DNA of 63,149 nucleotides, filler included, from Intoshia linei (GCA_001642005.1; 6 parts of 6 records of this genome joined end to end with filler, not necessarily neighbours in it); one strand, 5' to 3'. Positions 1 to 16,846 are shown, counted from the first letter of the whole stretch. Translations and numbers: made by a program. The notes: generated from the sequence alone by a model not told the origin.

Positions 1-467
1 TGGTTGGTAAAACAGATGTTCAAATTTATTATATTTTTGCGCGTAACGCCGTAACGGTTTTTAACTGTATATGTACGTTTTAGTATTTACTTATATGTAC
101 AAATAACCATGTTGCGCGCTGTCATACGCGCATTTTAAGTCTATTTATGAGTATAAGTCTGGGGTATTATTTCTCTTTAGGTCACTTAAATTGAAATATT
201 TATATTTTATTTTGTAGAGAATGGCTCAAATACATATTTATGTAAATAGTATCATGCATAATTATATTGGCTTGTGTTAGAATTAAAATACAAAAGATTC
301 AGTTTTAAAATACAATTTATAATTTACATTCTATATTATAAAATTTTAATATTTTAATAATTTTTTATATTAATTATTTTCTATTCCACAAATTACAGAA
401 TAGAATATTTACTGATACAAGACTATTTAATATTTAGTGGATGTTTAATTTCACTAATATTAATAAC

Positions 468-1011
468 TAGTGATGCGACGCTTTCTATATTTTCAACGAT
501 GCCGATTCCGATTGAAAATAATTTTGAATCATACTATTTCGTGAGTTTATTTTTTTTAATTAGAAAAATAACCAAGAATAAACAAATTTATAGAACAACA
601 AAATAAACGACTAAGAAACATAATAAAAATGCTTAAAATTAATTAATTAATATTAAATAAAGGTCAGAAGTTCTGACTCAGAACTAAATAATTTTAAGTT
701 TGATTTAGGAAAACAGATAAAACCTCCAACCCTGAAAATTATTAAACCTTCAATTGAAGAAGGAGGCGAAGATAAATATTGTTTTACAAGTAAACCAATA
801 TTCGGAAAATTCAATTGATTTATTGTATTGAATCATAATCCATATTTAATTAATCATTTTAATTTAAAAAATCTGCTGTTTTTTACAACAAAAAAGTTGT
901 AAAGAATTGGAATCGTAAAAATGTTAAAATTTTGCCGATTCCGATACCGATTACCAAAAAAACGATTCCAGCGATTCCCGATTCCGTTTTTTTGGAATAG
1001 TCGCATTACTA
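468..1011. mobile_element. hAT-like MITE
   Basis: TIRs TAGTGATGCGAC (468) and GTCGCATTACTA (ends 1011); degenerate 8-bp TSD ttaataac/caaataac; subterminal CCGATT repeats. Confidence 0.6.
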
Positions 1012-1320
1012 CAAATAACACAGTCCAACAAAATAACAACTTTTTTTGAATGTAAGAGTAAAATTTAGTACACCTGGTAGAGATTTTTATCCTGAAAATG
1101 ATGCTATAATCAGTTTTTCTTTATTATGTCCAGAAATTTTTGAAAATACGTCTAGTGTTCGAAAAAGTGCCTAAAATGGGCATATTTGCAAATTAATAGA
1201 AATAATAAATAAAGTAGATGTGTGGATTATTATATATGATTGGAAAGGGAAAATGTTTGTGTTACAACTTACGAAATTATTAAGAGAATTGAACCAAATA
1301 AATGTTAGTTTAATTCTACA

Positions 1321-1867
1321 ACCTTACTTATATAAAATGCTTTGTTTGTCTGTATGTGTGTTATTGTTTTTTTCAATAACTACGAATCTTAGAATTTTAT
1401 AAAGTCTACATTTATACAACAGTTTTTTTCGACGGTGTTAATAAGATAATTTCAACCTCATAAACTCACATCTTACGGGTCAAAAAAGCACTTTAGTATT
1501 TATTTTTTTAACCGAAATATTTTGTTAAAACAAAAATGTAAAATAATTAACGGTCCGACAATTAAAAAAAAGGATTATTTTGATAGATCTTATTTCAGTT
1601 GATATAAATACAAAATTTATAAATTTAAATACAAATTTTTAAACTGCTGCTTGCGTTAATTATTAATACATAATTGGTATTTTTAAATATTTAAATATAA
1701 ATATAAATTGGTAATGAATGATGTTAGATTTAATTTAAATTTTTTATGTCAAAATTAAATAAACCTCGCTCGGCAGAGCTAGGTGCTGTTTCTACGACGT
1801 ATTATATATTATATACGTATATATATTGTATACATACATTGTACGTAGTAAAAAACAGCCAAGCTAG
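1321..1867 (+). mobile_element. Non-autonomous Helitron-like element
   Basis: 5' end ACCTTACTTATATAA matches the family 5' end TCCTTACTTATATAAT; 3' CTCGGCAGAGCTAGGTGCTGTT...AAGCTAG|T; internal similarity to copies at 7921, 44558 and 54813. Confidence 0.7.
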
Positions 1868-4800
1868 TGTATAATATAAATGTATAAGTTAGTTTTTCAT
1901 ATTTAATTTTAGATTGTATTTTTAATTTAAAAATACTTCAGAGGCTCAAAGAATTCAAAAAGGCTGTAATTAATATTTAAATAGAAAAATTGAGTTTCTG
2001 GTCATTAATAATAATGAATTCCATCATATGTTGCTCAATAAAGATTTTACTTGACTTTATTTTACGTAAATATTTATATTTAATATAATTTGGTCACATT
2101 ACATTATTTGACATTTCATAAAATACTATAATATCTTCGATTAAACAAAATATAGTATGACATTAACTAATATGTTATCTATGTATGATGCTGCATAAAA
2201 TACCTTCTCGGAATTTTTAATTGTGTTTCATATATGACTTCAAAAATCCCCTATTTTAGGCATTTTTGAAAATTTAACTTAAATTAAAAAAAATCTGGAC
2301 GTGATTGAAAAATAATATTAGTATTGCGTTGACTATCTCATTGAGACGAAAAAGATGATGTATTCATCATCCTTGCATTTTTTTGGTGTTGGATTGTGTT
2401 ATTAAATCATAATTAAAATTATTTTTATGTAAATAATACTTGCTAACATACCCAATATATTTATTAGATTATATATATTAGTATTATTTATTAAATATAA
2501 TTGTTATTGTAAATTTCAACACGATTTTCATTTTTCATTATATATTATAAATTATTATGATTCATAATAAACATTTTTCACTACCCCTTCCACATTATAC
2601 TGAAAATAAATTATGTGTTTTTTAAAAATAATAAACTTATACGTGTAATGCGTAATATTTAAGAAAACTTTAAATTTGTAACATTATTATTGTAAATTAT
2701 TGTAACTAAGATTTTAAATAATTAGATATTTACGACCTATATATTTTATAATAAATAGTAAATTATTGAAATTCACTATTGTACATCGTTTTAATATTCA
2801 TATAGTGAAAATTTAATTACTGCCTATTATTTTTTAAATTTAGTTATTGTGTCGTACCGATTAAATTGTTTTACTAAAAATATTCAGTGCTACATTATTT
2901 ACTTGTAATTACCAGTACATAATTATAAAAAATGTTATCAAAATGATTGTTATGTAGAGAAGCACTGTGAAAAGTGATATTTTTTATGTGAAACTAGATT
3001 TTGTATATTGAACATTTTTTAGAAAATATGAATTAGTATGAGAGAAATATTTTTAATTGGATTTTGCATAATTAATTTGTTGAAACATGTGAAACTGGTT
3101 TGAATGCACTGCAGCACATTGAAACAATTTAGGACAGATAAGTTGTGTAATTGAAAATATTATAATATATTTACTATCTGTAATATAAAAATATGTATTT
3201 TATTTTAAAATTAGCTAATATATCCTGTAATGCACACAAACAGTAAGTGCATCTGAGTAGAGTGGGAATATTTAATGAATAATATATTCATTTAATAAAT
3301 AATATTATTCCATTTAATTAATATTATTATTCTTTGCATATTTTAAATTTTAATATGTACATGATATGTATGTGTTAGTGGGTAAAGCTATAATTATATT
3401 TATCATTAATCATTTATTTAATGAAATATTTTACATCCTATTAATAATTAATTAATATAATTAGTTTGAAATAAGTAATACAATGTATAATATAGTACAT
3501 AATTTATTATGCTGGGCTTCGTATAATTTTCCAGGGATCCGCAAAATAATATTCTCTATTTTGTGCTATTTTTGGTATAAAACAAAAATTATAATTATGA
3601 TATAAATTTAAGCTTTCTTTATTGTTTGCTTATATAAAAATAATATTATTAAAAAACAGTATTGAATCATTAAAAGGCCTCAAATTAAAATAAAATAAAT
3701 TAAAGACATGTTTTTCCATGTGAAAATAAGTATACATTATATTAAATAAAAATTGAATATTAATCCATATACCAACTATTTAAAAATGTAAATAATAATG
3801 TAATATATGAATATATATAATTATACATATATTATAATTTTAGATGCAATATAAATTAAGACAATATTTATTACAAACTATTATTAATAATGATTTTTAT
3901 CAAGTTAAATTACATTCCATTAAATCAAATAATTCATTTCTTCAATTATTTATTCTAAGAAATGTTTATTTACGTATTTGATCAAATGATTTTTATATAT
4001 TACGCACTAATAAATCAATAAATATTAATGTTATTATTGCAATTATAATTAATATAATTTACCCTTTCACTGTCTGTGTATTCTATACCAGTGGTTCCCA
4101 AACAAATATATATTGTCGACCCCCCTAATAGTATAAAAATATTTTTAGAAAAGATAAATTAGTACAAAATAGTGAATGTTTATTATTTTATTATATTAGC
4201 AATTAACAAAATGTTATCTTTTAATATTACTGGTTTTATTTTCGTTATAAATCATACTTTAATATAGTTGACCCTCTAGTTATTAGGGTCTAGTATAAAA
4301 ACAATTGTAAATTTATGATTGTTATTTTTTGTTTATATACATGTTATTGTCGCGTAAGGGTTAATAACTTTTAAATTTATCATAATTGACAATTAATCCA
4401 AATTTCAAGAATATATTAATTAAATATCAAATACTAAATCAAATTAATGTTAACGATTCTAATTTAATTTTAAAATTTTTCTTAAATCTGCGGCCTATGT
4501 CAGAAGTGATTAATTAATTAATTAAGCTCATCCTCAGACTCCGTAGGCCCCCATTTGAGAAACAATGTTTTATACTATACACAGCATAATTTTGAAAAAC
4601 TTTATTATTTTATTTTCATATATGTAATTTGAAACTTATATAAGTTTAAATTAAAACATAAATCCCAGACAGTGTAAGGGTTAATAGTTGATTTTAATAG
4701 GTTAAAAAAGGTATATTGTATACATAGAAATGCATAGTGTTTTATTAATCAATAATTTTGTGTAAAATGTATTACTGCCTATTAAAAATGTTTGTTAAAA

Positions 4801-5812
4801 TATTATAATATATCGTTGATGTATTATTCGTAAACGTACTATTTATTAAGACGAAACGAGTAAAAGTTTCCACTATTTAATGGTAAAAAATTATTCATAA
4901 AAGAGTGGTATAAATGGATTTTATTAAATTCCGATTGGATTAATATGAAATAACAAAATCAACAATCATATTTAAATATTCTTATTCATATTTATGCAAT
5001 TACATAATTATAACAAGAATATTGTTTAATTTAAAATGTATCAAAAATATTTCCGAGAATCTCGGTTGAGGACCAGTGACGTACATATAAAAATTTAATT
5101 TTTTATTATTTATACACTAATTATTAATTACATTCTTAAATTAAAATAATTAATATAAAATGATCCAAGCAAATCTATGAATAATGTACATTGTACGATC
5201 CACAGTATTTTTATATTGCAAATCAGGTGTATATAGTAGGCGAATGATAAAACTAAAATTTTAAATGTGATCTCTCGCAGTTTAGGTCTGATAATTGTGA
5301 TAAAGAATTCATTTTGAATATTTAATAATATCAATATTATATCATATATATTAACCTATTATTAGTATTAATATTATACATATATAGTATGTAGTATATA
5401 TACTAGGGGTGTCAATTTAGTACTTTTTTTTGAAATTTTATAGTGCAGGAACAGATAAAGACGTGTATGACAGTTTTATGGCTAACTGAAAAAAAATAAA
5501 TTTGGAGAAATTTTTTACCTAATTTAATTATACCACAAAGTTGACAAGGTTGTTCAATAAAATATTAGCCTGAATAAAGTTAAATTTATAATTTTATATA
5601 ATCTAATTGTATGAAAAATTTAAAACGTTTCTGCATGATGAATATATGAATTTGAAGATTCTTATTTTATATATGAATGCATTTAGTTCTAAACACCGAG
5701 AAAATTCGCAAATTTTCTTAAAAATTTGTCAACGTAGGGTCTACTATACACAATATACTCATTTAAGTAATTCGTTATAATTTACGACCTATCAGTATTA
5801 AATTAGAATATA

Positions 5813-6838
5813 CAGTATAACCCCGTTTTGAACCACTTTTTTTGAAAAGTGCACCAAAATTGATCGTAATAATAAAATTTTGTTATCTATTAAATTAATT
5901 GATGAATAATAGTATTTAATCAAATTATAAAAGTTGATATTGATTCGTTGATGAAGTAAATCAAAACAAATGAAATGAAGAGATGAATTATGTAACTCCG
6001 AAATCAGATAAAGAAAAATTTTTCATACATCGAGGATTTTTACTTTTTACTATTACCTATGGCTGTAGCTTTCTCCTTTAATCTACAACATAAAAATTGT
6101 GTTAGTTTTTGTTTCATTTGTTTAATTCCTTTACATTCATCGTTTTTTGAAAAAATTACTTCTTAATTACAATTTTTAATATGTAGAGCGGTTCGTCACA
6201 ATTGAAAACCTTCTCAATTTTATATTTACGTGTGTGTTGATCGTAATTTGCATAAAAATCAATTAAATTCGAATAAAGACATGATTTTTTTACCATAAGT
6301 TGCTTTAAATAATAATTAATGCCGTGATGTTAATCTATCTAACCATCCATTTGAGGCAAAAAATTTGTTAACTCTTTATCCTTTTTGAATTGCATATGCA
6401 GTGCAAAAAAAATAAACAGCAAATAGAGTTGGAATCGGTCAATGATCTCAATATTATACTACGTACCATTAAAAATGTTTCGGAGATAGATACGACATAT
6501 TTTGTGTGTTTTGATAATTTTTCTTAAATGGCCAAAGAGTTAATATTCAATCTTGTAGCTACATTTAGAGCAATATGTTTTAAATCGTACCATTAACCGG
6601 GATATCTTGTTGCTTATACTTTAAGAATGTCTCTAACACGTTTTATCTATGCCAACAAAATAATCAGGTGCACTTGTTCATAATTTCTTTTTATTTTTTA
6701 TTTTTTATAGCTATTTTCAATTTTGTGTCATCATTGAATTTATCGTTCACCATTTCAATTTAAAATTTTATTAAAAAAATAAAGTTCCCAAAAGAGGTTT
6801 CCCGTTGTCGACTTTTACCCCAAACTAGGGACGTACTG
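5813..6838 (-). mobile_element. Degenerate pogo/Tigger (CENP-B-like) DNA transposon
   Basis: TA-flanked CAGTA...TACTG ends; minus-strand remnants FASNGWLDRLTSRH* (CENP-B HTH motif) and KLQP*VI..KNPRC (Tigger DDE-region motif), with stops and frameshifts. Confidence 0.75.
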
Positions 6839-7920
6839 TAATAAATTCATGATACTAAATACGCAAATTAATGAATGTGTAATTAATTTACACATTATAG
6901 TTAATAATTATAGAAAAAACAGGTCATAATACTATTTTTTAATTGAAATATATTTTAATTATGTATATTGTAATTTTTAGTAGCTGTCCTTTAAAAATTG
7001 TTAAACGAAAAATTCAAATAAACGCGGGTTACATCAAAGTATCTCGCGTGTATGATCCAGGAAGGGATTCCCACCTTTTTTAGATTATAGTTAAAAATTT
7101 ATAAAACATAAAATGCATTACATTATTAGATACTCATTTGCAGCTCTGCATGTATCAAACCACGTTATAACCTGACGAATATTATATAATATACATGTAT
7201 ATTATTTAATATTATCTAATTTTATAATATGTATACTATTAATTATAACATCCTAATAAATATCCTGATAAATAAAATATTACAACCTGATTGAAATATA
7301 ATTAGATTCTGTATTGGTTAATATTTGCATTATATTATTTAGAGACGCAACCTACGTTTGACATGCCAGAATTTGAAATTTACATTAAATTACAATTAAA
7401 TTATTTTAAGATACCGAGAGCTTTACATTTGTAATTTTATTAAAATATTTAACAACTCTTCTCTCCTATTATCACATTGATATTAACAGAATCTTTGTAT
7501 TTAATCGTTTTCTTGTATATATACATGTTTATTATGTATACATATAACTAATATATATACGCTGATACGGATTTTAAAATCATAAACATTATCATAAATT
7601 TAAATTTAAAAAAATTATATCTTNTATGTAAATACTATTTTATGTTTATATAAACATTATATTTGGCAACTCTGATATAATAAAATTTTTCAATGGACCG
7701 AAATTTAACACACACGGCATTATTATAATAATTATACGACATTAATTTTTATATAATGTTATTTTTGTGTATTACTCATCGATAAGTTATAAAATAACAA
7801 TTTTAGCATGTAAATTATTAAATTAACTCAAAAAATAAATTTTAAATAACTATAGTATGTAAATATTTTTTTATAAAGTTTATACTTAGGATGACAACTT
7901 TTATGCCGATCCTTAGCTAA

Positions 7921-8900
7921 TCCTTACTTATATAATATGCTACGCAATATTTCTTTGTGTGTGTTCCACTTTATTGAAATAACTACTAGTCTTAAAATTT
8001 TATAAAGTCCACATTTCAATTACAGTTTTTTCCGGTACATATAATAAGATAAATTTTAACCTCACAAACTCACATCTTACGGGTCAAAAACTTCAATTGT
8101 CCTTTATTTTGAAAATCAAACAAATTGGAAAATTTAAAAAATATATACGCTGATACGGATTTTAAAATCATAAAATTGTCATAAATTTAAATTTAAAAAA
8201 ATTAATCTTCAGGGCCAAAACCCCAAATTACCCTTCTTTTTTAATGAAAACAGCCCTAGAATTTAAAAAAATTTGCAGGTGGTACACAGAGCCGTCTTAA
8301 GCCACTTCGTGGCCCTGGGCTAAGCAAAGGACCAGCGGCTCTTTAAAGTTTTGAGCGAAGCAAAAAAGTATTTCTAAAAAAAATTTCGAGCGAAACAATA
8401 AAAAATTTTAGGGCCCCTTTTTTGAAAATTAATAAGATCAAATCAAAGAATTCCTACTTTCTTTTTTGAATATTCACTTAATAGAAAGGTTGTAATGTTT
8501 ACTATTATCATTTGAAACAGTTTTTATGTCAATATTATATGATGAACATTGTAGAATATATTTTAAATTGAAAATTTACCAAAACTTCAATTCTTTAACT
8601 ATTTTTTTTCTAGCTATTTGAATTCCCACTCTTCAAAACTGATAAACTGTTTCTTAAAATATAAATGTGAAGTATTTTTTAATAAATTGGGGGCCTCTTT
8701 TTAAGATATAAGTGTGAAGTACTTTTATTAATTTGGGGCCTTTTTTAATAAGTGGCCCTGGGCTACATCCCATATTGCCCATGCCTTAAAACGGCTGTGG
8801 TGGTACAGTTGTATCCTGTTAACACACACAAAAAAGTTCAATCCGAATAACTGATGAAGTCACGGTCAAAAAAGCATTTTAGTATTCATAAATAAATTTT
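7921..8900 (+). mobile_element. Non-autonomous Helitron-like element (5' part) interrupted by a hAT MITE
   Basis: A|TCCTTACTTATATAATAT start and GT-rich microsatellite; body similar to 54813-55847; right boundary approximate. Confidence 0.7.
8287..8799. mobile_element. hAT MITE nested in Helitron
   Basis: TIRs CAGAGCCGTCTTAAG / CTTAAAACGGCTGTG; perfect 8-bp TSD GTGGTACA at 8279-8286 and 8800-8807. Confidence 0.9.
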
Positions 8901-10244
8901 TGAAAATCCGATTATTCGAAATATATTCCTATTATTTTTCTCCGATTATTGTAAGCAATTAACCGGGTTTTATATTAATCGGATATCATTCCTTAGTAGA
9001 GACATATTAAGGGACCACTTTTATCAAAATTTAAAAATTTTGAATTTGTTTTTATATACAATGTATAAAATTAGTTTTATCTAGGAAAAAAGTAGATTTT
9101 AGTAGGTATTTATTATAATTTAGAAAACTTCATATTAAAAAAAAATATTTAAAATGTTTGTCAAAGTTAAAATAATTTTTAATATTATTTTGAATAATTT
9201 AAAAGACTTACATCCTATAATTTTATTTCGTATTTATAAACATACTTAACACGTTTTAAATCAATACTATTTTTTTGATGTGTACAAAAATTTGACTACA
9301 TTTATTTATCACAATCAAAAGTGTTTCTAACAAAATTATCAGAAAAATTAAATTATTATTACATTATATATATTACTATATGAATTAAATTTGATTTCAC
9401 CATTTAATTTTATCTTAGTGTCGCCAATCTCCTTTTAACCGACGACACAAAATTTACGTATATTTTTCCTTGTAAAATTAAACAAAAGTTTCCAAAAAAT
9501 GTTAAAACCACCTGCCAATCATGTAAACGCTATCCTGTAATGTAGAAGACGGTTAGTTGAAAATAAATATCATAATACAAATAAATACGATCTAAATGAT
9601 AAGATTAGTTACATTATCAAAGTGTTTCACATCCATGAACCATTCGAACTAGTGAATCCTACCAAATCGTGATCACTTCACAGTGAACCAAGCTAAAATT
9701 CACACTATACTACTTGTATTATACCAAAGTACCCAATTGAAATCTAGACATTATTATTTTGTAATTGAAATGGTACCACCAAAATAATAATTTAAAACGG
9801 TAGTTTGCGCCCATAAATCTGGTTGAAGTTTAGTAGAGTTAATAAAAAATTATGCAAAATAAAAAAATGTATATCATTAAACAAATTATGTATAACTAAA
9901 TCACAAATCATAAAACTGCAACTCTTCAAATTTGATTTAATTTTTTTGTTTTTGGTACAGAAACGATTAATGTTTGGCTTTATTTCAAGTTTTTTCTAGT
10001 AAAATACTACACAAAGGTAAAGACTTTTAGTTAACACTTCAAAATGTATACCACGATTCAAATTTTATGATTAGCTAGACCATCGGTCCAAATGAGGTAA
10101 AAGAACTCCTAAGGACCCAGAATTTTGGGCTCATTTCATACCATGACTTACACTTTATGATTCATAACTTATAAATATTTTTAAAGTTCCCAAAATTAAA
10201 TATAACTTATTGTAATATACTTACTTGCTTATACATGATGTACA

Positions 10245-10344
10245 NNNNNNNNNNNNNNNNNNNNNNNNNNNNNNNNNNNNNNNNNNNNTTAATTAATTAA
10301 NNNNNNNNNNNNNNNNNNNNNNNNNNNNNNNNNNNNNNNNNNNN
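10245..10344. other. Scaffold gap linker (also 28651-28750, 33538-33637, 51851-51950, 56502-56601)
   Basis: Identical 100-nt N44-TTAATTAATTAA-N44 blocks; assembly artefact. Confidence 0.97.
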
Positions 10345-10403
10345 AAATGTGCCCTCGGCAGAGCTAGGTGCTATTTGTACGTAGTACATAACAGTCAACC
10401 TAG
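10345..10403 (+). mobile_element. Helitron-like 3' terminus next to assembly gap
   Basis: GCCCTCGGCAGAGCTAGGTGCTATTTGTACGTAGTACATAACAGTCAACCTAG|T. Confidence 0.75.
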
Positions 10404-10612
10404 TTTTATTATAAAATCGCAATTAAATGCACACTTACGATCACAAACAGGTTAAATTTTAAAATGACCCTAAAAACTGTATTGTAACTTTAAAATAATT
10501 TTGCAGCTGACATGACATAATGTGAATATACATTATACAAACCGACCAATTCTTTTTATTGGCTTTAATTTCCAATTAAAAAAGATTTGGCAAATATACA
10601 GTTTAAATTTAC

Positions 10613-11602
10613 CATAAATTGACAAATTGGCATAATTCGGATGAATGAGCATCATTATCAAGTTGAGGGGAAGGTAAATTTACAACATCTTTAATTTGCT
10701 CAAAAGCATTATTCCAAGTTCTATAGGGATATTTCCCGGTAGCCAACTCAAACTGGATTTTAAAAAATTGAATTATATTTAAAAAAATGTTACCATACTA
10801 ATTCCAAAGCTCCAAATATCTGATCTTACACAATACCCTAATTTAGCTTTTTGTGGGTCAATACGTTCTGGCTAAAAATTATTAAAAAATAAAATTCAAA
10901 ATATTACAGCCATGTATAAACGACAGCCAACAGTAATAGTTTTAGCTATAGAATTTTCCAAAGAACCTGAAATACTGAAATCACAGAGTTTAATCTGTCC
11001 AAAAGTGTTTATAAGCATATTTGAAGGTTTTACGTCTCTGTGGATAGTTTTCATATGTTGATACAAGTAATTAAGAGCCGATAATATCTACAATATTATT
11101 AGGACATTTCATAAAACATACAGCGAATGATAATTTAGATAACACTGGCTCTTCTAATGGCAAGCCGTTTTTGTAGGCTACAGGGTAAAATTTGTCCAAC
11201 GATGTATCCATCACTTCCATACAAATCCACACATCATCCTAAATTTAAGTTATATTTTTCATTTACATTAAACGTCTCGATGTAAAATGCCGTAACATTC
11301 CACAATAAATTGTTTCATTTTGGACGTTTTAACAGATAATTCTAAATCTTTTTTAATATTTTCCGAATTTTCCATGCATAAAATTAGCTTCTAAAATTTT
11401 GTATTGATTATTCCGGTTTTCTAACTTTGACAGCCATAGTTATATTGGTTGTTTTATATTGCATTTTGTCCACAACCCCAAATCCACCCTCTCCAATGTT
11501 TTTTAATAAAACTAAATCATCAGCTTTGCATATAAATCTTTTTCCATTTACGTTCATTACTGCACATGACTCAATTTCTTCGGAGGCTCTGAATTTATAC
11601 AT
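10613..11602 (-). CDS. MAP kinase kinase, MKK3/6-like (multi-exon; both ends uncertain)
   Basis: Spliced translation: [19 protein letters not shown]...[69 protein letters not shown]; several GT-AG introns of about 34-36 nt. Confidence 0.9.
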
Positions 11603-11942
11603 GTTAGCTTACAGATATTTACTCTCTTGTAGGCTCAGCTGAAATCTTTACACGTAAATTATTCTTACTCATTAATTAAATAATATGCGATCGTATAAAA
11701 TGAGCAATACTTTTTTAATTTAAAATCACATTTACCTGACAATTATACATTTACCGGTGAATTAGTACATATAGATGATTCAATTGCATGTTTACATTTA
11801 AGATGTTGTTTAATGTTTGTCATGAGATGATTAATATAAGCAATATGTAAATACGGTATCTCTGTTGGAGTTATTATGATTATAGGATTATTCAAAACTA
11901 AGAGTTCTAGCATTGAAGATTAAAGACATGGATGACATGTAG

Positions 11943-12560
11943 TAGAGTTCTGCATAGGGTCGTGTTGAGGTGATATGTACGAACGAAACGAAAAATTTTT
12001 ATCCGAACCACGATCCGAACACGAAAAACAAAAAAGCCTTCAACATGACCCGAAACACGATTTAAATTTAATATAAAGATATGAAACAGAAAAATTTTGT
12101 AACTAAATGAAATCGATAATTAAAAAAAAAACAAATTTATAGTCAAATTCTATTTAAATAATTAATAAATATAATTATCATGTCTAAATTTAATTTTTTA
12201 AAAACCATTTCATATAACCGTCAACTGATAATAAAATTGTTTTTAATTGTAATCGTATATCCTGTATTGTTTCGTTAATTAAATAACCAACTTTGATTAC
12301 AATCGGCACCATCAAGTAAATAATTATGTTTCTAATTACATGATTAATTTGTTGAAACAAAATTTTTTTCATTGTTTGTACCAGAACAAACATTTTATTG
12401 TGATGTAGGACGGGGCTTAAAATGTCTGAAAAAAAAATTTTTTTTAACTTTTGATATAATTGATCAAAAAAAATGAATATTTAAATTTTGTAAACACGAA
12501 ATATAGAAAAAATTCAACACGATCCGAAGTTCGTGCTCAGGTCGTGTTGCAGAACTCGTA
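11943..12560. mobile_element. hAT MITE
   Basis: TIRs TAGAGTTCTGCA / TGCAGAACTCGTA; perfect 8-bp TSD ACATGTAG at 11935-11942 and 12561-12568. Confidence 0.9.
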
Positions 12561-12613
12561 ACATGTAGTAGGACAATTTTAAATTAAAATGTAATTACAA
12601 ATATATCAAGTTA

Positions 12614-14713
<2,100 letters not shown>

Positions 14714-16846
14714 GTCTTAATTAATAAATATTACAATTTTCACATATTTTTAATTTTAATTCCTAGATTCGCTAAGTTAAAATAAAATATTAAAACTTAA
14801 ATTTTAACTAAACAACATAAAACAAACCGTCAAACTTTAATTTGCATTCAAGGTGTGCAAAATATATTAATATCAGTTTTTTACACGTGGAAGAAAATAT
14901 TTCTTTAAAACTTGACAATGTTAAAATTGTAGAAGTTTGACTGTATATATAATTATAGTTGGGAATCACAACATAGATTATATTTCTCAAAGATTTATAA
15001 AAATAATTTTCCATAGTGGTGGTTAAAATGGAAAATTATTGATAACAAAAAATTTTTAAATATTAATATTGCAATTAAATGAAATGTAATAAAAATAATG
15101 ATGAATATCTTTATAATAAGCATAAATACAATGAAAATTGAATGAAACAAAATCAATTGTAAAATTAAACGGAATTAAAAATAATAAATTGAAGATAAGT
15201 AGATTTCGTACATTAATTTAAGTATATCTAAATAGTTAGCAAGTATACCGGTTTTAATCTCTTTGTCCATTATATTCTAAAAACAATGATATGTTAAGAA
15301 AATCAGTTTATTTTTAGTGAGTTGTCTAGTTATAGACGATCATACATAAAACAAGACTTTATTTATAGTCATGACAACTAATTTAAATATGTGTTATTTT
15401 TCTTTGTTTATTTTACAATAATCTTGATACATGATTCATGACAGTAAAACTTTTAAATTATAGAATTTATCATTTGAGTCAAAATTTTATGCATTGAACG
15501 CAGATGGAATGACAATTATAACCCAATGTGCACATTAATTTTCAACATAAGACAACAAAAGATCTCACTAAAATGTTGAGTCTACTTTTGACAGTACTGT
15601 AGTATTTTTAAAATTTTATTCATGGATAATTTTTGAAAATTGAGTTAAGAATTTCCTAATCGCATTTTAACCATTAACAATGAACGACAGACACTACTTT
15701 ACTTTAGATCAGTTTTCTCTACTCTGTTTTACGTTGGATCACTACTGACTTATGCATATTTTCACTTGATTCAATAGGGAATATTTGTGATATTTAAGAA
15801 TATAATTTTTTTAATGCTTAATTTGGCAAATGAGAGCTTCATTTTACAAAAATTTCGTCGAGTCCATCGAAGAGGGTCTCGTGGTAAATACTGGACTGCA
15901 GTTTACATTTAAATTTGACTGAACATTCAAGAATTTCTTCGAGACACCAAAGACGGCTCGATATGATAATTATTTAGATAATTTAACTTAAACTGATGTT
16001 GCTAGTATAAAAAATAATACATAGATTAATGATTATATACATAAAACGTAAACGATGCGTCCATTTAATTTTTTTTAATTTTTCAAAATTAAAATTAAAA
16101 TATTTTAGGACACATTTGTCACGCCAGGGGCGCCCACCTAGATCCGCTACTGACTGTTATACCTGTATATCTGAAGATTTTTGTAAATAAAAAAAGTTTG
16201 ACTGATATACAGATGTAGTGTATTGTTAATATTGTTGTAGAATTTGTAATGAAATGTAGTTCATTGTGTATTGTTATACATATTATCGTAAATAGTTTTC
16301 AGATTAAATCTAATAATCTTAAAACCTTATTTCATCCAATTATTACAGAATTAACTATTGAATTTGTATCACAAAATAAATAAGATGTAAGAATTTAATT
16401 TATAGAATAAATTTTGTAAATACATACACAATTTGTACAGTGCAAACAAGTTGTTTAAAATAACAAGTTAATTATAATTATTGAGCGATAAATAAAACAA
16501 ACTCAATGTCGTCACCAATACATAGAAAAATCGATGTGTCTAAATTTTAGAGCTAAAATTTCGAATAATTGGTAATATTAAAAAAATTATCAACTAATTG
16601 TATCATTTTAACCTGAATTATTATCACCTACATTATTCAATGTTATATTGATAGAATTTATGACAATGTATTAAATTTTACTTGGATACGTGTAACAAAA
16701 ATTAAATGGGAAATAAATTAACCGTAATAATATCAGCAGAATTTAATAACAGAAAATGTAATGATTTACTTGAATCAAACTAGAATTGGAACTGTGAATC
16801 TTTAAGTTCAGTATTAGACATTGAATCCAGAAACGATACACATGAA

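Noticed and set aside
854-5334. Short 60-70 aa ORFs in the ORF track
   Set aside because: Alternative starts, low-complexity AT-driven composition, and two overlap TEs; consistent with chance
10289-10300. Recurrent TTAATTAATTAA palindrome between N runs
   Set aside because: Identical in all five gaps and has stops in all six frames; a scaffolding linker, not biology
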